This document shows positions 44,444-55,254 of a DNA stretch of 64,000 nucleotides, in pieces (positions within the stretch are counted from its first letter, which is position 1; each line of letters starts with the position of its first letter). The DNA is from an uncultured Dehalococcoidia bacterium (GTDB lineage Bacteria; Chloroflexota; Dehalococcoidia; Lucifugimonadales; G958296245). Both the position numbers and the translations under genes were made by a program. The stretch is from assembly GCA_958296245.1 (NCBI GenBank), contig OY282458.1, positions 234,886-298,885 of the forward strand, written 5' to 3'. The notes below the pieces were generated by a model, which saw nothing but the letters and a program-made list of their open reading frames with translations, did no database searches and had not been told where the DNA came from.

Positions 44444-45622
44444 CTACTTGAAGAGAGGGGCTGGGCGCTCTATTAGCTGCTGGAGCCTGCGCAGGAAGCT
44501 CGCTGCCACGGCTCCGTCTATCACTTGGTGGTCCACGGTGAGGCTTACGGTCATCATCTCTCTCACGACGACCTCGCCCTTCCGGACCACCGGCTTATCC
44601 ACCGAACGCCCGACGCCGAGGATGGCGCTCTGGCCTGCGTTCAGGATGGGGGTGAAGCCGTCCACGCTGCCCAGGACGCTGATGGTGAAGGTGCCGCCGG
44701 CCACTTCGTCGGGCGACAGCGCGCCGCGCCTGGCCCTGTCTGCCAACTCCGTCGTCTCCTCCGCCAGCGCCTGAAGGCCCTTGCTCTCCACGCCGCGCAC
44801 GACCGGTACGATGAGCCCTTCCCTGAGAGACACCGCCACGCCTATGTCTATCCGTTCGAACCGCAGTATCGCGTCCCCGGACAGGACCGTGTTGAGCCGG
44901 GGGTTGCTGCCGAGCGCCCCGGCGCAGGCCTTCATTATCACGTGCGCGATGCCGATGGTCGCTTCCCCGTCGGCGGACGCCTCCTTGCGGAGGGCTTGAG
45001 CGTCGGTCACGTCCAACTCCAGGAAGAAGGACAGTTGAGCGGTACCTGCAAGGCTGCCCTTCATGTGGCCGGCTATCGACTTGCGCATGCCCGCCAGCGG
45101 GGTCGTCTCGGACGGCTCAGGCAGCCCCGGAGGCAATGCCGGTGCGGCCGTCTCCTTCTGCTGTCCCTCGAAGGCGCGAACGTCGGCCTCGACGACCCTG
45201 CCGCCCGGTCCGGTGGGGGTGATCTTAGAAATGTCCACGTCGAGCTTGGCCGCCAGCCTGCGGGCCCCGGGGGTGGAGCGCACGGCAGAACCGGCAGGTC
45301 TGCCGGGGTCGGCCCGCCTCCGGGCCGCACGCCGGGGAGGAGGCGCGGCTGAGGCCTGTCTCTGCGGCGCCTCGGGGACGGCCTCACCGTCGGCCAGCAG
45401 GTATCCCAGCAGCCCGTCTACGGGAACGACGGCCCCCTCCGCCACCAGCGGGTGGAACAGGCCTGCGCCGGTGGCCTCGAGATCGTAGTTGATCTTCTCG
45501 GTCTCTATCTCGGCGATGACCTCGCCCTGAGACACGGCTTCGCCCGCCGCCTTAGCCCAGCGGGAAACGGTACCCTCTGACATCACCATGCCGAGCTTGG
45601 GCATCACGATCTCGACGGCCAA
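44444..45622 (-). CDS. dihydrolipoamide acyltransferase (E2)
   Basis: Lipoyl domain ETEKI, PSBD TPGARRLA...TGPGGR, catalytic DHQVIDG. Confidence 0.93.
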   Translation of the reverse strand: MAVEIVMPKLGMVMSEGTVSRWAKAAGEAVSQGEVIAEIETEKINYDLEATGAGLFHPLVAEGAVVPVDGLLGYLLADGEAVPEAPQRQASAAPPPRRAARRRADPGRPAGSAVRSTPGARRLAAKLDVDISKITPTGPGGRVVEADVRAFEGQQKETAAPALPPGLPEPSETTPLAGMRKSIAGHMKGSLAGTAQLSFFLELDVTDAQALRKEASADGEATIGIAHVIMKACAGALGSNPRLNTVLSGDAILRFERIDIGVAVSLREGLIVPVVRGVESKGLQALAEETTELADRARRGALSPDEVAGGTFTISVLGSVDGFTPILNAGQSAILGVGRSVDKPVVRKGEVVVREMMTVSLTVDHQVIDGAVAASFLRRLQQLIERPAPLFK

Positions 45623-45631
45623 TTGAATCTC

Positions 45632-46684
<1,053 letters not shown>

Positions 46685-46840
46685 TTTCTTCTTCCCTCAC
46701 CTCGATCCCCTCCGCGCGGAGAGGAGAATAGGGGCCTCTATCTTGCGCCGGCCGCCCACGCTCCGTGGATACTGTCGCGTCGCGGCGGCCCTGCATAAGA
46801 TACCACATCACCCCCGCCTCCGACTCTCAGGGGGGCGAAC

Positions 46841-47003
46841 GTAACTGTTCAGAGTTGGAGAGGTCCTTTTCGACTGGCGTAACCCCGATAAAGCATACGT
46901 CTTAGATTCCCACCCGCCCCTTGGGTAACTGGGGGCAAGCCCCCCAGCCGGAGGGGAGGGTTGGATTTCCCCCATCCGGGTCTCACAGAGACTGAACGGT
47001 TAC
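46841..47003 (+). mobile_element. MITE-like family A, most complete copy (163 bp)
   Basis: TIRs GTAACTGTTCAG / CTGAACGGTTAC. Flanks GGCGAAC / GCCGAAC may be a degenerate target duplication. Confidence 0.8.
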
Positions 47004-47151
47004 GCCGAACAGGTTCTGGACAGGCAGGGCGCCAGGGTTAGCTTGACGTTGGTCAATGCTTCTGCCCCCCTAAGCCAAGCGCCGATGGGGAGGCGATTCG
47101 GTGCGCAACAGCAAGGCCGCTGTGGCTTCTGCTCCATCCGGGGGCGCGGGG

Positions 47152-47964
47152 CTAGGTGACGCGGAGGATCTTGTAGCGCTGCTTGCCCCTGGGCGTCGAC
47201 ACTTCGACTTCCTCTCCGGGGATTTTGTCTATCAGCGCTTGGCCCACGGGGGAGGCGCCTGAGATCTTGCTCTCCCGGGGATTGGCCTCCAGGGCGCTGA
47301 CCACGGTGTACCTTACCTCCCTGCCGGAGGTGAGGTCCTCCAGCTTCACCTGCGAGCCTATTCTGACTGCCTCGCCTTGGCCTTGGACTGCGGGGTCTAC
47401 TATTACGGCTATCTCCAGGATGCGCTCTATCTCCCGTATCCTGGACTCGACCAAGCCGAGATGCTCCCTAGCCGCCTCCAGAGGGGCGTTCTCCCTCACG
47501 TCCTTGTCGGCTGCCGCGCGTCGGATCTCCTGGGCGATAGGCCCCCTCTGGGCCCGTTTCTCCTCCAGCTCTTCAAGGAGTTGACCGTGGGCCTCGGGGC
47601 TCAGCACCTCCCGTTCCGGCTCCTGCCGCACAGCGCGCTTGGACTTTGCGGCGGTCCTAGGAACGCGCAGGTGTTGAGCGAGCTTGACCTCGGTGAGACC
47701 GTTCTTCTGTGCGAACGACAGGAACCGCTTCACCTCCTGGATCCGTTCCACGGCCCGGTCTCCGCCCCCCAAGCCCATCGTGTCATGGCCGAACTGGTCT
47801 ATCTCGGAGGGCTTCAGCTCCTTCATGAGCCTGTCGCCGCCTGCCCACCGGGCAAACCTCATTACGTGCTGCTGTTTCGAACCGTGGTCTTTTTTCTTGA
47901 GGCTGTTCAGGTAGAGGCCAACGGCGTCGACGAGCGAAACCGGCCCGCTGAGAGTAGATTCCAT
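47152..47964 (-). CDS. greA: transcription elongation factor GreA with ~110-aa N-terminal extension
   Basis: DVRENA tip, RIREIE, V.IGS, KISGASPVGQAL, TPRG. Confidence 0.88.
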   Translation of the reverse strand: MESTLSGPVSLVDAVGLYLNSLKKKDHGSKQQHVMRFARWAGGDRLMKELKPSEIDQFGHDTMGLGGGDRAVERIQEVKRFLSFAQKNGLTEVKLAQHLRVPRTAAKSKRAVRQEPEREVLSPEAHGQLLEELEEKRAQRGPIAQEIRRAAADKDVRENAPLEAAREHLGLVESRIREIERILEIAVIVDPAVQGQGEAVRIGSQVKLEDLTSGREVRYTVVSALEANPRESKISGASPVGQALIDKIPGEEVEVSTPRGKQRYKILRVT

Positions 47965-48063
47965 ATTCTCCTCTTCGATAGTATGCCTGCGCCGGCGGCC
48001 GTCCCGCCGGTCCATCCCATGCGTCACGGAGTGGCCCGGGGCTGGGCAGCCGTCCCGGAGGCC

Positions 48064-48459
48064 TCAGGAGGTCCTCGTCTTGCGGAAGGAGTTCTTGACG
48101 GATATCTTGTCGCCCTGGAAGGTGAAGATGTCACAGCCGCGTACCTCGATCGCGTTGCCGTCCGGCCCCGTTGCTTTGAATGTCCACTCGGAGGCTCCGC
48201 GGTCGCCAGCCACGAAGTGGCTATCGTCCACCCACTGACCGTCCGGAAACAGGTCCAGCACCTTCTTGTACCCTTCCCGCACCTGTTCGCGCCCCACGAA
48301 ACGGGCGCCGTCAATGTCTGGGCCGATGGAGAGCTGGAACATGCAGTCGTCCGACATGAATGACATGAGGTCGTCGAGGTCGTGTCTGGTCCATGCGTCC
48401 GCGAACTTTGCCAGCGTCTCCACCGTCACTTGATTCTCTACGCTCGTGCTCATCGACAT
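48064..48459 (-). CDS. SnoaL/NTF2-like protein
   Basis: FADAW..HDLD.LM, FPD..W, GDRGASEWTF, GCDIFTF. Confidence 0.88.
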   Translation of the reverse strand: MSMSTSVENQVTVETLAKFADAWTRHDLDDLMSFMSDDCMFQLSIGPDIDGARFVGREQVREGYKKVLDLFPDGQWVDDSHFVAGDRGASEWTFKATGPDGNAIEVRGCDIFTFQGDKISVKNSFRKTRTS

Positions 48460-48498
48460 TCCTCCTTTGGATAGGCTGCGGGAGCTTCCTTGCAGCCA

Positions 48499-48592
48499 TC
48501 CCTTCCCGGTCAGGAAGGGGAATTAGACTAAATCCGAGGCATACCCTCAGACTCCCGGCGAGGGGCTTAGGCCCCTCTGCTCACCCCGTAAT
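48499..48592 (+). repeat. family B multi-hairpin repeat
   Basis: CCCTTCCCGGTCAGGAAGGGG, CCGAGG..CCTCAG, GGCGAGGGGCTTAGGCCCCTCTGC. Confidence 0.65.
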
Positions 48593-48596
48593 TGGG

Positions 48597-49955
48597 CTAG
48601 AACATGGTCAGGTAGCGGTCGATCTCCCACTGGGAGACCCGGCTGTGGTACTCGCGCCACTCAGCCTCTTTCAGGTTCACGAACTCGTCGTAGATGGGGC
48701 CAAGCGCTCCTTGGACGACCTCGTCATTGCGGAGCTCGACCAGCGCCTCGGCCAGGGTCTGGGGCAGCTGCCGGATGCCCCTGCGCCGTATCTCCTCCAG
48801 GCCCAGATCGTACAGGTTCCCCAGGTTGGGCTCGCCGGGGTCTAGCTTGCGCCGCACACCGTCGAGGCCGGCCGAGAGGTACGCCGCCATGGCCAAGTAC
48901 GGGTTGCACGCGGCCGAAACGGTGCGGTCCTCGAGGTGGCCGGGCCCCGCGGTGCGAATCATCTGGGTCCTGTTGTTGTCGCCGTAGGAGACGAAGGCAG
49001 GCGTCCACGTGAACCCCGACCTGGTGCCGGTCAGGCCGGCGCCCACCTGCAGCCGCTTGTAGCAGTTGACCGTCGGCGAGTTGACGGCGCATAGGGCGGG
49101 GGCGTGCTCGAAGACGCCGCCGATGAAGTGGTACGCGAACTCCGAGAGGCCAAGGCCCTTCCTGTCGTCCTCGTCCAGGAAGAGATTGTCGCCGGAATCG
49201 GCGTCAGCGACGTGGAAGTGGATGTGCCCCCCGCTCCCGGTCCGGTCCGCGAACGGCTTGGCCATGTGGGTGGCGACGGCGCCGCGCCGCTGTGCGTACT
49301 GGCTCGTCATCATCTTGAAGAAGGTGTACCTGTCCGCCGTCGTCAGGGCGTCGCTGTAGACGAAGTTGACCTCGTATTGGCCGTTCGCGTCCTCGTGGTC
49401 CGACTGGTACACGTCCCAGCCGATACGGGCCATGCCGTCCATCAGGTCCCTCAGGTAGTCCATTACGTTCGCAATGCCCTTGAAGTCGTAGCAAGGCTTC
49501 TCGAGCGTATCGACGTCGTTCGGGTCCCACACCGAAAGGGAGCCGTCCGCGTTCTTCGTTACCAAGAAGTGCTCCGGCTCGATGCCGACGTTGAAGACGT
49601 AACCCTCGTGTCTGGCGGAGGACAGCACCCGCTTGAGGTTGAGCCTGGGACAGTACACGTGGGGAGCGTCGTCCACGTAGAGGTCGGACGCGAAGCGGGC
49701 CAAGCCCTCCGTCCACGGCGCGACGCTGTAGGAGTCCAAGTCGACCCGGGCCATCATGTCGTGAGAGTGCGGCCCCTGCCCCAGCCCCTGCACCGCCGCC
49801 CCGCCGAACCCCGCGCCTTCGCCTGCAACGTCGTCGAGGTGGGACGCGGGCACCATCTTGACCTTGGGCGCCCCGTGTATGTCGACGAACTGGACGAGCA
49901 GGTATTGGACCCCGTCGTCCCGGATGCGTTGTCGGGCCTGTTCCAAGGTGTCCAT
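48597..49955 (-). CDS. glnT: GlnT-type glutamate-amine ligase (possible gamma-glutamylmethylamide synthetase)
   Basis: G.EPE, KPCYD, YQSDHEDANGQYE, KPFADRTGSG.H.H, NNRT.MIR, EDR. Confidence 0.8.
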   Translation of the reverse strand: MDTLEQARQRIRDDGVQYLLVQFVDIHGAPKVKMVPASHLDDVAGEGAGFGGAAVQGLGQGPHSHDMMARVDLDSYSVAPWTEGLARFASDLYVDDAPHVYCPRLNLKRVLSSARHEGYVFNVGIEPEHFLVTKNADGSLSVWDPNDVDTLEKPCYDFKGIANVMDYLRDLMDGMARIGWDVYQSDHEDANGQYEVNFVYSDALTTADRYTFFKMMTSQYAQRRGAVATHMAKPFADRTGSGGHIHFHVADADSGDNLFLDEDDRKGLGLSEFAYHFIGGVFEHAPALCAVNSPTVNCYKRLQVGAGLTGTRSGFTWTPAFVSYGDNNRTQMIRTAGPGHLEDRTVSAACNPYLAMAAYLSAGLDGVRRKLDPGEPNLGNLYDLGLEEIRRRGIRQLPQTLAEALVELRNDEVVQGALGPIYDEFVNLKEAEWREYHSRVSQWEIDRYLTMF

Positions 49956-50166
49956 CGCGGTCTCCTGAGGCTGTCCCATGAGCATACGTTCGGGGTGACA
50001 ACTATAGCATCGGGTATATAGGGCCGCAACCGCCGCAGCGCCAGCGGCCGCCCTCGGGGTGTCATTCCGAACGCAGCGCCGGCGGAGTGAGGAACTGAGG
50101 CCTCTGGACAGTTACGCGCCCCTGTGAAGGAGGCCGCGGCGGACGCTTGGGCATCGCGGGTGACGC

Positions 50167-51219
50167 TCACAGCATCGCCTCGTTGAGGTCCACGCCGAAG
50201 CCGGGCCTGTCCGGCGGCGTCAAATAGCCGTCAACGGCCCGCGGCTCGCCCAGCCATAGCTCGTCTGTGGGCGGCGTCCACCGCTCCGGGTGGGTCTCGG
50301 CCAGGTCGTCACAATCCGTGGCCGCGATGAAGTGCAGCCCCCATATCTCGCCGCCTCGGTGCGGCGCCACCGGCGCCCCGTGCGACTTGGCCAGATCGAG
50401 AATGCGGAGACCTTCGGTAATGCCGCCGCACCACGTGATGTCCGGCTGCCAGATGTCCAGAGCGCCGGCCTCGGCCACTGCCTCGAAGCCGAAGCGGGTG
50501 AACTCATGCTCCCCGCCGGCAACGTTGATGGGCTTGATCAAAGGCCGCACCGCCGCCTGCTCCCGCAGCAGGTCCGGCGTCAGGATGTCCTCGAACCAGT
50601 AGACGTCCAGCCCGGCCACCGCCTCAGCCATCCGGACGGTCGCCGCCGCATCCCAGGCCATGTAACAGTCGGTCATGATGAGCCCGTCTTCCCCGAACAC
50701 GCTCCGTGACCGTGCCGCCGCTGCAACGGTCTTCCTCACGTCCTCCTCCGTGCCTCCGCGTCCGGGTGCGAACTTGTTGGCCGTGTATCCCATGTCTCGG
50801 TAGCGCTCCATGTTCATGCCGGTGGCGTAGGCTCTGACCTTCCGCTTCCTGATCCCCCCCAGCAGCTCGTACACCGGCTCGCCCCGCGCCCTGCCGAGGA
50901 GGTCCCAGAGCGCCAGGTCGACGCCGCTTATAGCCATGACCGGGATGCCCTTGCGTCCGTAAGGAAGCGACCTAGCGTACATGAGGTCCCATAACCCTCT
51001 GACGTCGTCGGTGGACTCGACAACGCGCCCGAGCAGCAGTTCACGCAGGTGGCTGTTGACGATCTGGCAGGACGGCGCGCCGCCGCCGCCGTACCCGAGA
51101 CCCCACGCGCCCGTGTCGGTCTCTACCCGGACGACTATCTGCCAAAAGTGCGATTGCCAGGCTCCTTTGGGCCGCCGCGTCCACTTGGGGTAGACAGCCC
51201 TCACGTCGGTTATCCTCAT
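50167..51219 (-). CDS. mandelate racemase/enolase superfamily, L-rhamnonate dehydratase-like
   Basis: YGRKG, ISGVDLALWD, DCYM, WFED, GEHE, QPD..WCGG, PH. Confidence 0.88.
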   Translation of the reverse strand: MRITDVRAVYPKWTRRPKGAWQSHFWQIVVRVETDTGAWGLGYGGGGAPSCQIVNSHLRELLLGRVVESTDDVRGLWDLMYARSLPYGRKGIPVMAISGVDLALWDLLGRARGEPVYELLGGIRKRKVRAYATGMNMERYRDMGYTANKFAPGRGGTEEDVRKTVAAAARSRSVFGEDGLIMTDCYMAWDAAATVRMAEAVAGLDVYWFEDILTPDLLREQAAVRPLIKPINVAGGEHEFTRFGFEAVAEAGALDIWQPDITWCGGITEGLRILDLAKSHGAPVAPHRGGEIWGLHFIAATDCDDLAETHPERWTPPTDELWLGEPRAVDGYLTPPDRPGFGVDLNEAML

Positions 51220-51378
51220 ACCGTGCGCTCCACGGGCCGGTTGCCGTAGGGACATTTGTGATGGATAAGAGAGTGCGTTTGCAAAGTAAGCCCCCCTAAG
51301 TTAGTGGCCCAACATCATTGTATGAGCATTCCCGCCCACCCGCCCTATGTGGAGGTGGGGGACACCCCCACGCCCCCG

Positions 51379-51675
51379 GCGAGGGGCTGCGCCCCTCTGC
51401 ACAACCCCCCGAGGGTGAACACAGGCAGCCACCAACAGGCTATGTGCGAGGGGCTGCGCCCCTCTGCACAACCCCCGAGGGTGAACACAGGCAGCCACCA
51501 ACAGGCTATGTGCGAGGGGCTGCGCCCCTCTGCACAACCCCCGAGGGTGAACACAGGCAGCCACCAACAGGCTATGTGCGAGGGGCTGCGCCCCCTCTGC
51601 ACACCCCCCGAGGGTGAACACAGGCAGCCACCAACAGGCTATGTGCGAGGGGCTGCGCTCCTCTGCACACCCCCC
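51379..51675 (+). repeat. tandem array, 66-67 bp period, five hairpins with four identical spacers
   Basis: GCGAGGGGCTGCGCCCCTCTGCAC at 51379, 51446, 51512, 51578, 51645. Confidence 0.92.
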
Positions 51676-51867
51676 GGGGAGAATCCTCCTGGTATCGAGA
51701 CCGGCAGCGCACCGCCTGCTCCACGAAGGCGGCCGGCAGCAGCATGGGCCTCGAGGCTGCTAAGTCACGCCGGCACTGATGCTATCATGTCCGCTCAGCA
51801 ACAGCCGGAGGACGTGAGGAATGCCCATAATCGACGGTGGGTCAGCGCCTGATGCGCTTCTCGACCT

Positions 51868-53772
51868 ATGATCTGCCCTTGGTGCAGTCACCGGAATCTG
51901 CCGCGAGCGGAGCTTTGCGGCGATTGCGGCCGCGACCTCAGGGCCGACGCCGTCTGCGCTTCATGCTCGACCCCGAACCCCGCCGACCATAGGTTCTGCG
52001 ACGCCTGCGGCTCGGCGCTGATCGGGCAGCCGGGCTGCACCCCGGTAGGGAATTTGCCAGCAGCGGAGGGGCCGCCTCCCCCCACGACTCGATCCGCCGC
52101 CGCACAGGCGCCCGTAAGGCGGAATCCATCCGTCGGATGGCCCAAGTTCCTGGGGCTGCCCGAACCTGGCATAGTCTGGGACCAGCCGGCGCCGAGGTTG
52201 CGCTGGTCATGGGGCGGCATCCCGGCTTGGGCCGCCCGGAACAGGGTCGAGTTGGCAGTGGTCGTATTGCTGACCATCGCGGCTGGGGCCATACGCATCT
52301 ATCGCGTGACGGAGGCGCCGGGGGGGCTGCATGGGGACGAGGCGCTGACCGGCTTGGATGCCCTGCGCGTAGTCAGGGAGGGCTGGATAGGGCCATACGT
52401 TGACAGCGCCCTCGGGCAGACGTCCGGGCCGCTCTACCTCACGGCGCTGGTCTTTGCACTGTCAGGGCCCACAGCGTTCACGCTGCATCTGTCGATGGCT
52501 TTGTTCGGTGCCGTTACCATCCCGGCCACCTATTTCCTGGCGCGAATCGGCTTCGGTCGCTGGGTGGCGCTGTTTGCCGCCGCAGCCCTCACCTTCTCGT
52601 ATTGGCACGTCTTCTATAGCAGGGCTGCATTCATGCTGATCGCGATGCCTCTGATGACCGCTTTGGCGGCGGCGGCCATCCTGATCGCCCTGAGGTCGTC
52701 GACGCGCTGGGCCTGGCTTCTTGCCGGAGTGCTGCTCGGTTTGGGCGTACATTCGTACAACGGCTATCTCATGTTCCTAGCGATAGTCGCCGTTCTCTTC
52801 GGCGTGGTGTTGGTCCTTGGGAGGGATAATCTGAAGCCTTATGCGGCGGGAATCGCAATCCTCGCCATTGGATCCGTCGCCGCGGCGTTTCCGCTGATCC
52901 ATTTCGCCTACTCCGATCCCGGATCCTACGCCCAACGTTTTCTAATCGCTTCTGTCCACCGTGAGCCGAAGCTCCAAGCCGCGCAGACCGTGGGGGAGAG
53001 ATTCGAGTATTTCGCTGGCCGTGTATGGGATGCGGCGATTCTGCCGCTGCATCACCCCGATATCGACTTCGTAGACGGCCTGGGAGGCAGAGGCGCCATG
53101 GACCCTATCCTCGGGTTGTTGGCGTACGCCGGGTTCGCTATTGCAGTTGCGAAATGGCGCAGTCCGCCGCACCTCTTGTTGGCGCTGGCCTTCGTGTTTG
53201 GGCTGGGCGTGCTGCTTCTTGGAAGGGAGAACGTGGGGGAGCTTCGCCGTTCGTTCATCATCGTCCCGTTCGTATATATATTGGCGGGCGTGGCCGTGGT
53301 CGCAGGCGGGCGGTTGGCTGCCCGGTCTCTCGGCGTCAGGGGGAAGCAGTTGGCGTATGCCGGGGGAGCGGTGGTCCTCGTAGCGGCGGCGTCCCTGAAC
53401 GTGTGGACGTACTTCGGTGGGGTAGTACGGGAAGAGCACATGGGCTGGGTCTATGCCTCGGACCTGGTGGACGCCCTCGATTCCGCTCACGAGCTGGGCG
53501 ACCCGGGGAGAGTCTACTTCTACTCGGAGCGCTGGCCGTATGACTACGAGACCAGGCTATTCCTGTATCCCGATACGCCGGGGACAGACCGTTCCAGGGA
53601 GTTCGGCGAATACTCGCTGGATAGACTTGATGAAGGGCCGGCGACGTACGTCCTGCTTCCGCCGTATGCAGAGGAGATCGACGCACTTCGGGAGAAGTAC
53701 CCAGGAGGCGAAGCCGTCGAGGAGTACGGCAAGGACGGCGTCATGCGGTACGGCATCTACCGCCTACCGTAG
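51868..53772 (+). CDS. ArnT/PMT-like GT-C glycosyltransferase with N-terminal double zinc ribbon
   Basis: CPWC..CGDC..CASC..CDAC, then HGDEA, WH.FYSR and many TM helices. Confidence 0.8.
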   Translation: MICPWCSHRNLPRAELCGDCGRDLRADAVCASCSTPNPADHRFCDACGSALIGQPGCTPVGNLPAAEGPPPPTTRSAAAQAPVRRNPSVGWPKFLGLPEPGIVWDQPAPRLRWSWGGIPAWAARNRVELAVVVLLTIAAGAIRIYRVTEAPGGLHGDEALTGLDALRVVREGWIGPYVDSALGQTSGPLYLTALVFALSGPTAFTLHLSMALFGAVTIPATYFLARIGFGRWVALFAAAALTFSYWHVFYSRAAFMLIAMPLMTALAAAAILIALRSSTRWAWLLAGVLLGLGVHSYNGYLMFLAIVAVLFGVVLVLGRDNLKPYAAGIAILAIGSVAAAFPLIHFAYSDPGSYAQRFLIASVHREPKLQAAQTVGERFEYFAGRVWDAAILPLHHPDIDFVDGLGGRGAMDPILGLLAYAGFAIAVAKWRSPPHLLLALAFVFGLGVLLLGRENVGELRRSFIIVPFVYILAGVAVVAGGRLAARSLGVRGKQLAYAGGAVVLVAAASLNVWTYFGGVVREEHMGWVYASDLVDALDSAHELGDPGRVYFYSERWPYDYETRLFLYPDTPGTDRSREFGEYSLDRLDEGPATYVLLPPYAEEIDALREKYPGGEAVEEYGKDGVMRYGIYRLP

Positions 53773-53874
53773 ACGCCGGGGCCGGTCTCGCAGGGTAGAG
53801 CTACGAGGGTGTTCGGCCGCTTGTTGTGGGGTGGAGGCGGGTATACACTGGGCCGGCTGGGCAAGGAGGGCGGG

Positions 53875-55254
53875 GTGATCAGCGAAAGCGCCGGATCGGT
53901 TCGCGAAGCGGCTCTCAAGTATCTGTGGATGCACAACCGGAGTTGGGTCCAGACCGGCGAGGAAGGTGGGCCGCGGGTCATCACCGGGGGCGATGGAGTC
54001 AAGGTCGTCGACTCCGAGGGCCGGACGTGGATCGACGTAAATGGGGGCTACAACTCCGTGAACGTCGGCTACGGGCGCTCCGAGATCGCCTGCGCCGCGT
54101 ACGACCAGATGCGCCGCATCGCCTTCTACCCCGTCGGGACGGCAATCCCGCCTACCGTCGAACTCTGCGAGAGGCTGGCCGGAATAACGCCCGGCACGCT
54201 GTCGCGCGTATTCCCCGTTAGCGGCGGCTCTGAGGCAAACGAGACGGCCCTGAAGATTGCGCGCGCGCACGCCCGCCGCATAGGCGAGCCCGGCAGATAC
54301 AAGGTCATCAGCCGTGAAGGCTCCTACCATGGCGCGACCGGGGGTGTGCTGTGGCTCGGCAGCTCTGCCGTCTACAGGAGGCAAGACTTCGAGCCAGCCT
54401 ACCCGGGGATGGTATATGCCCCCCAACCCAATCCATACCGTTGCCCCCTGGGCGGTAGGACCCCTTCCGAGTGTGCGGAGCGGTGCGCGCGGGCCGTGGA
54501 AGACCTAATCCTCTTCCATGGGCCCGAGACGGTACTGGCTTTCATAGGCGAGCCCGTTGCAATCCCAACGGGAGCCGCTGTCCCCGGCGATGAGTACTGG
54601 CCGATGATCCGCGACATATGCAGCCGGTACGGCGTGCTTTTGATCGACGACGAGGTCATTTGCGGGTTTGGTAGGACGGGTAGGTGGTTCGGCATCGAAC
54701 ATTGGGACGTGGCGCCGGACATCATGACCATGTCCAAGGGCATATCAAGCAGCTACCTGCCCCTGGGCGCCGCCGTAGTCAGTAGAGAGGTGGCGGACCT
54801 GTTCGTGGGCAAGGACAGGAGCCTAGCTCACGTCTTCACGTCGGCGGGGCATCCCGTCGCCGCGGCAGCGGGCCTGAAGAACATCGACGTCATCGAGTCG
54901 GAGGGCCTTGTCCAGAACGCGGCTGAGGTCGGGGCATACCTCAAGGACCAGTTGGAGGGGATGAAGGCTGACCATCCGATCATCGGCGACGTTCGCGGGT
55001 TGGGTCTCCTTGCGGCTGTGGAGCTCGTGGGCGACCGGAAGACCAAAGCCAGGCTGGAAGACCAAGACAGGGTATGCGAGCGGCTCAGCGAGAAGTTCGA
55101 GGAGCGCGGGTTGCTGCTGCGTTCTTCCCGAGGACTGATCGCCATGGGGCCGCCCCTCTGCATTACCAGGGCCGAGGTAGACGAGATCGTTCACGCAGTC
55201 GACGTCTCTCTGTGGGAGGTCGAGGGAGAACTCGGCTTCCCCGGCAATGTCTAA
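53875..55254 (+). CDS. class III PLP aminotransferase, paralog 1
   Basis: GSEANE, SYHG, EP, DEVICGFGRTG, SKG. Confidence 0.93.
   Translation: MISESAGSVREAALKYLWMHNRSWVQTGEEGGPRVITGGDGVKVVDSEGRTWIDVNGGYNSVNVGYGRSEIACAAYDQMRRIAFYPVGTAIPPTVELCERLAGITPGTLSRVFPVSGGSEANETALKIARAHARRIGEPGRYKVISREGSYHGATGGVLWLGSSAVYRRQDFEPAYPGMVYAPQPNPYRCPLGGRTPSECAERCARAVEDLILFHGPETVLAFIGEPVAIPTGAAVPGDEYWPMIRDICSRYGVLLIDDEVICGFGRTGRWFGIEHWDVAPDIMTMSKGISSSYLPLGAAVVSREVADLFVGKDRSLAHVFTSAGHPVAAAAGLKNIDVIESEGLVQNAAEVGAYLKDQLEGMKADHPIIGDVRGLGLLAAVELVGDRKTKARLEDQDRVCERLSEKFEERGLLLRSSRGLIAMGPPLCITRAEVDEIVHAVDVSLWEVEGELGFPGNV

Noticed and set aside
51379-51675. CRISPR array
   Set aside because: The spacers are identical and no cas genes are present; it is a tandem repeat.
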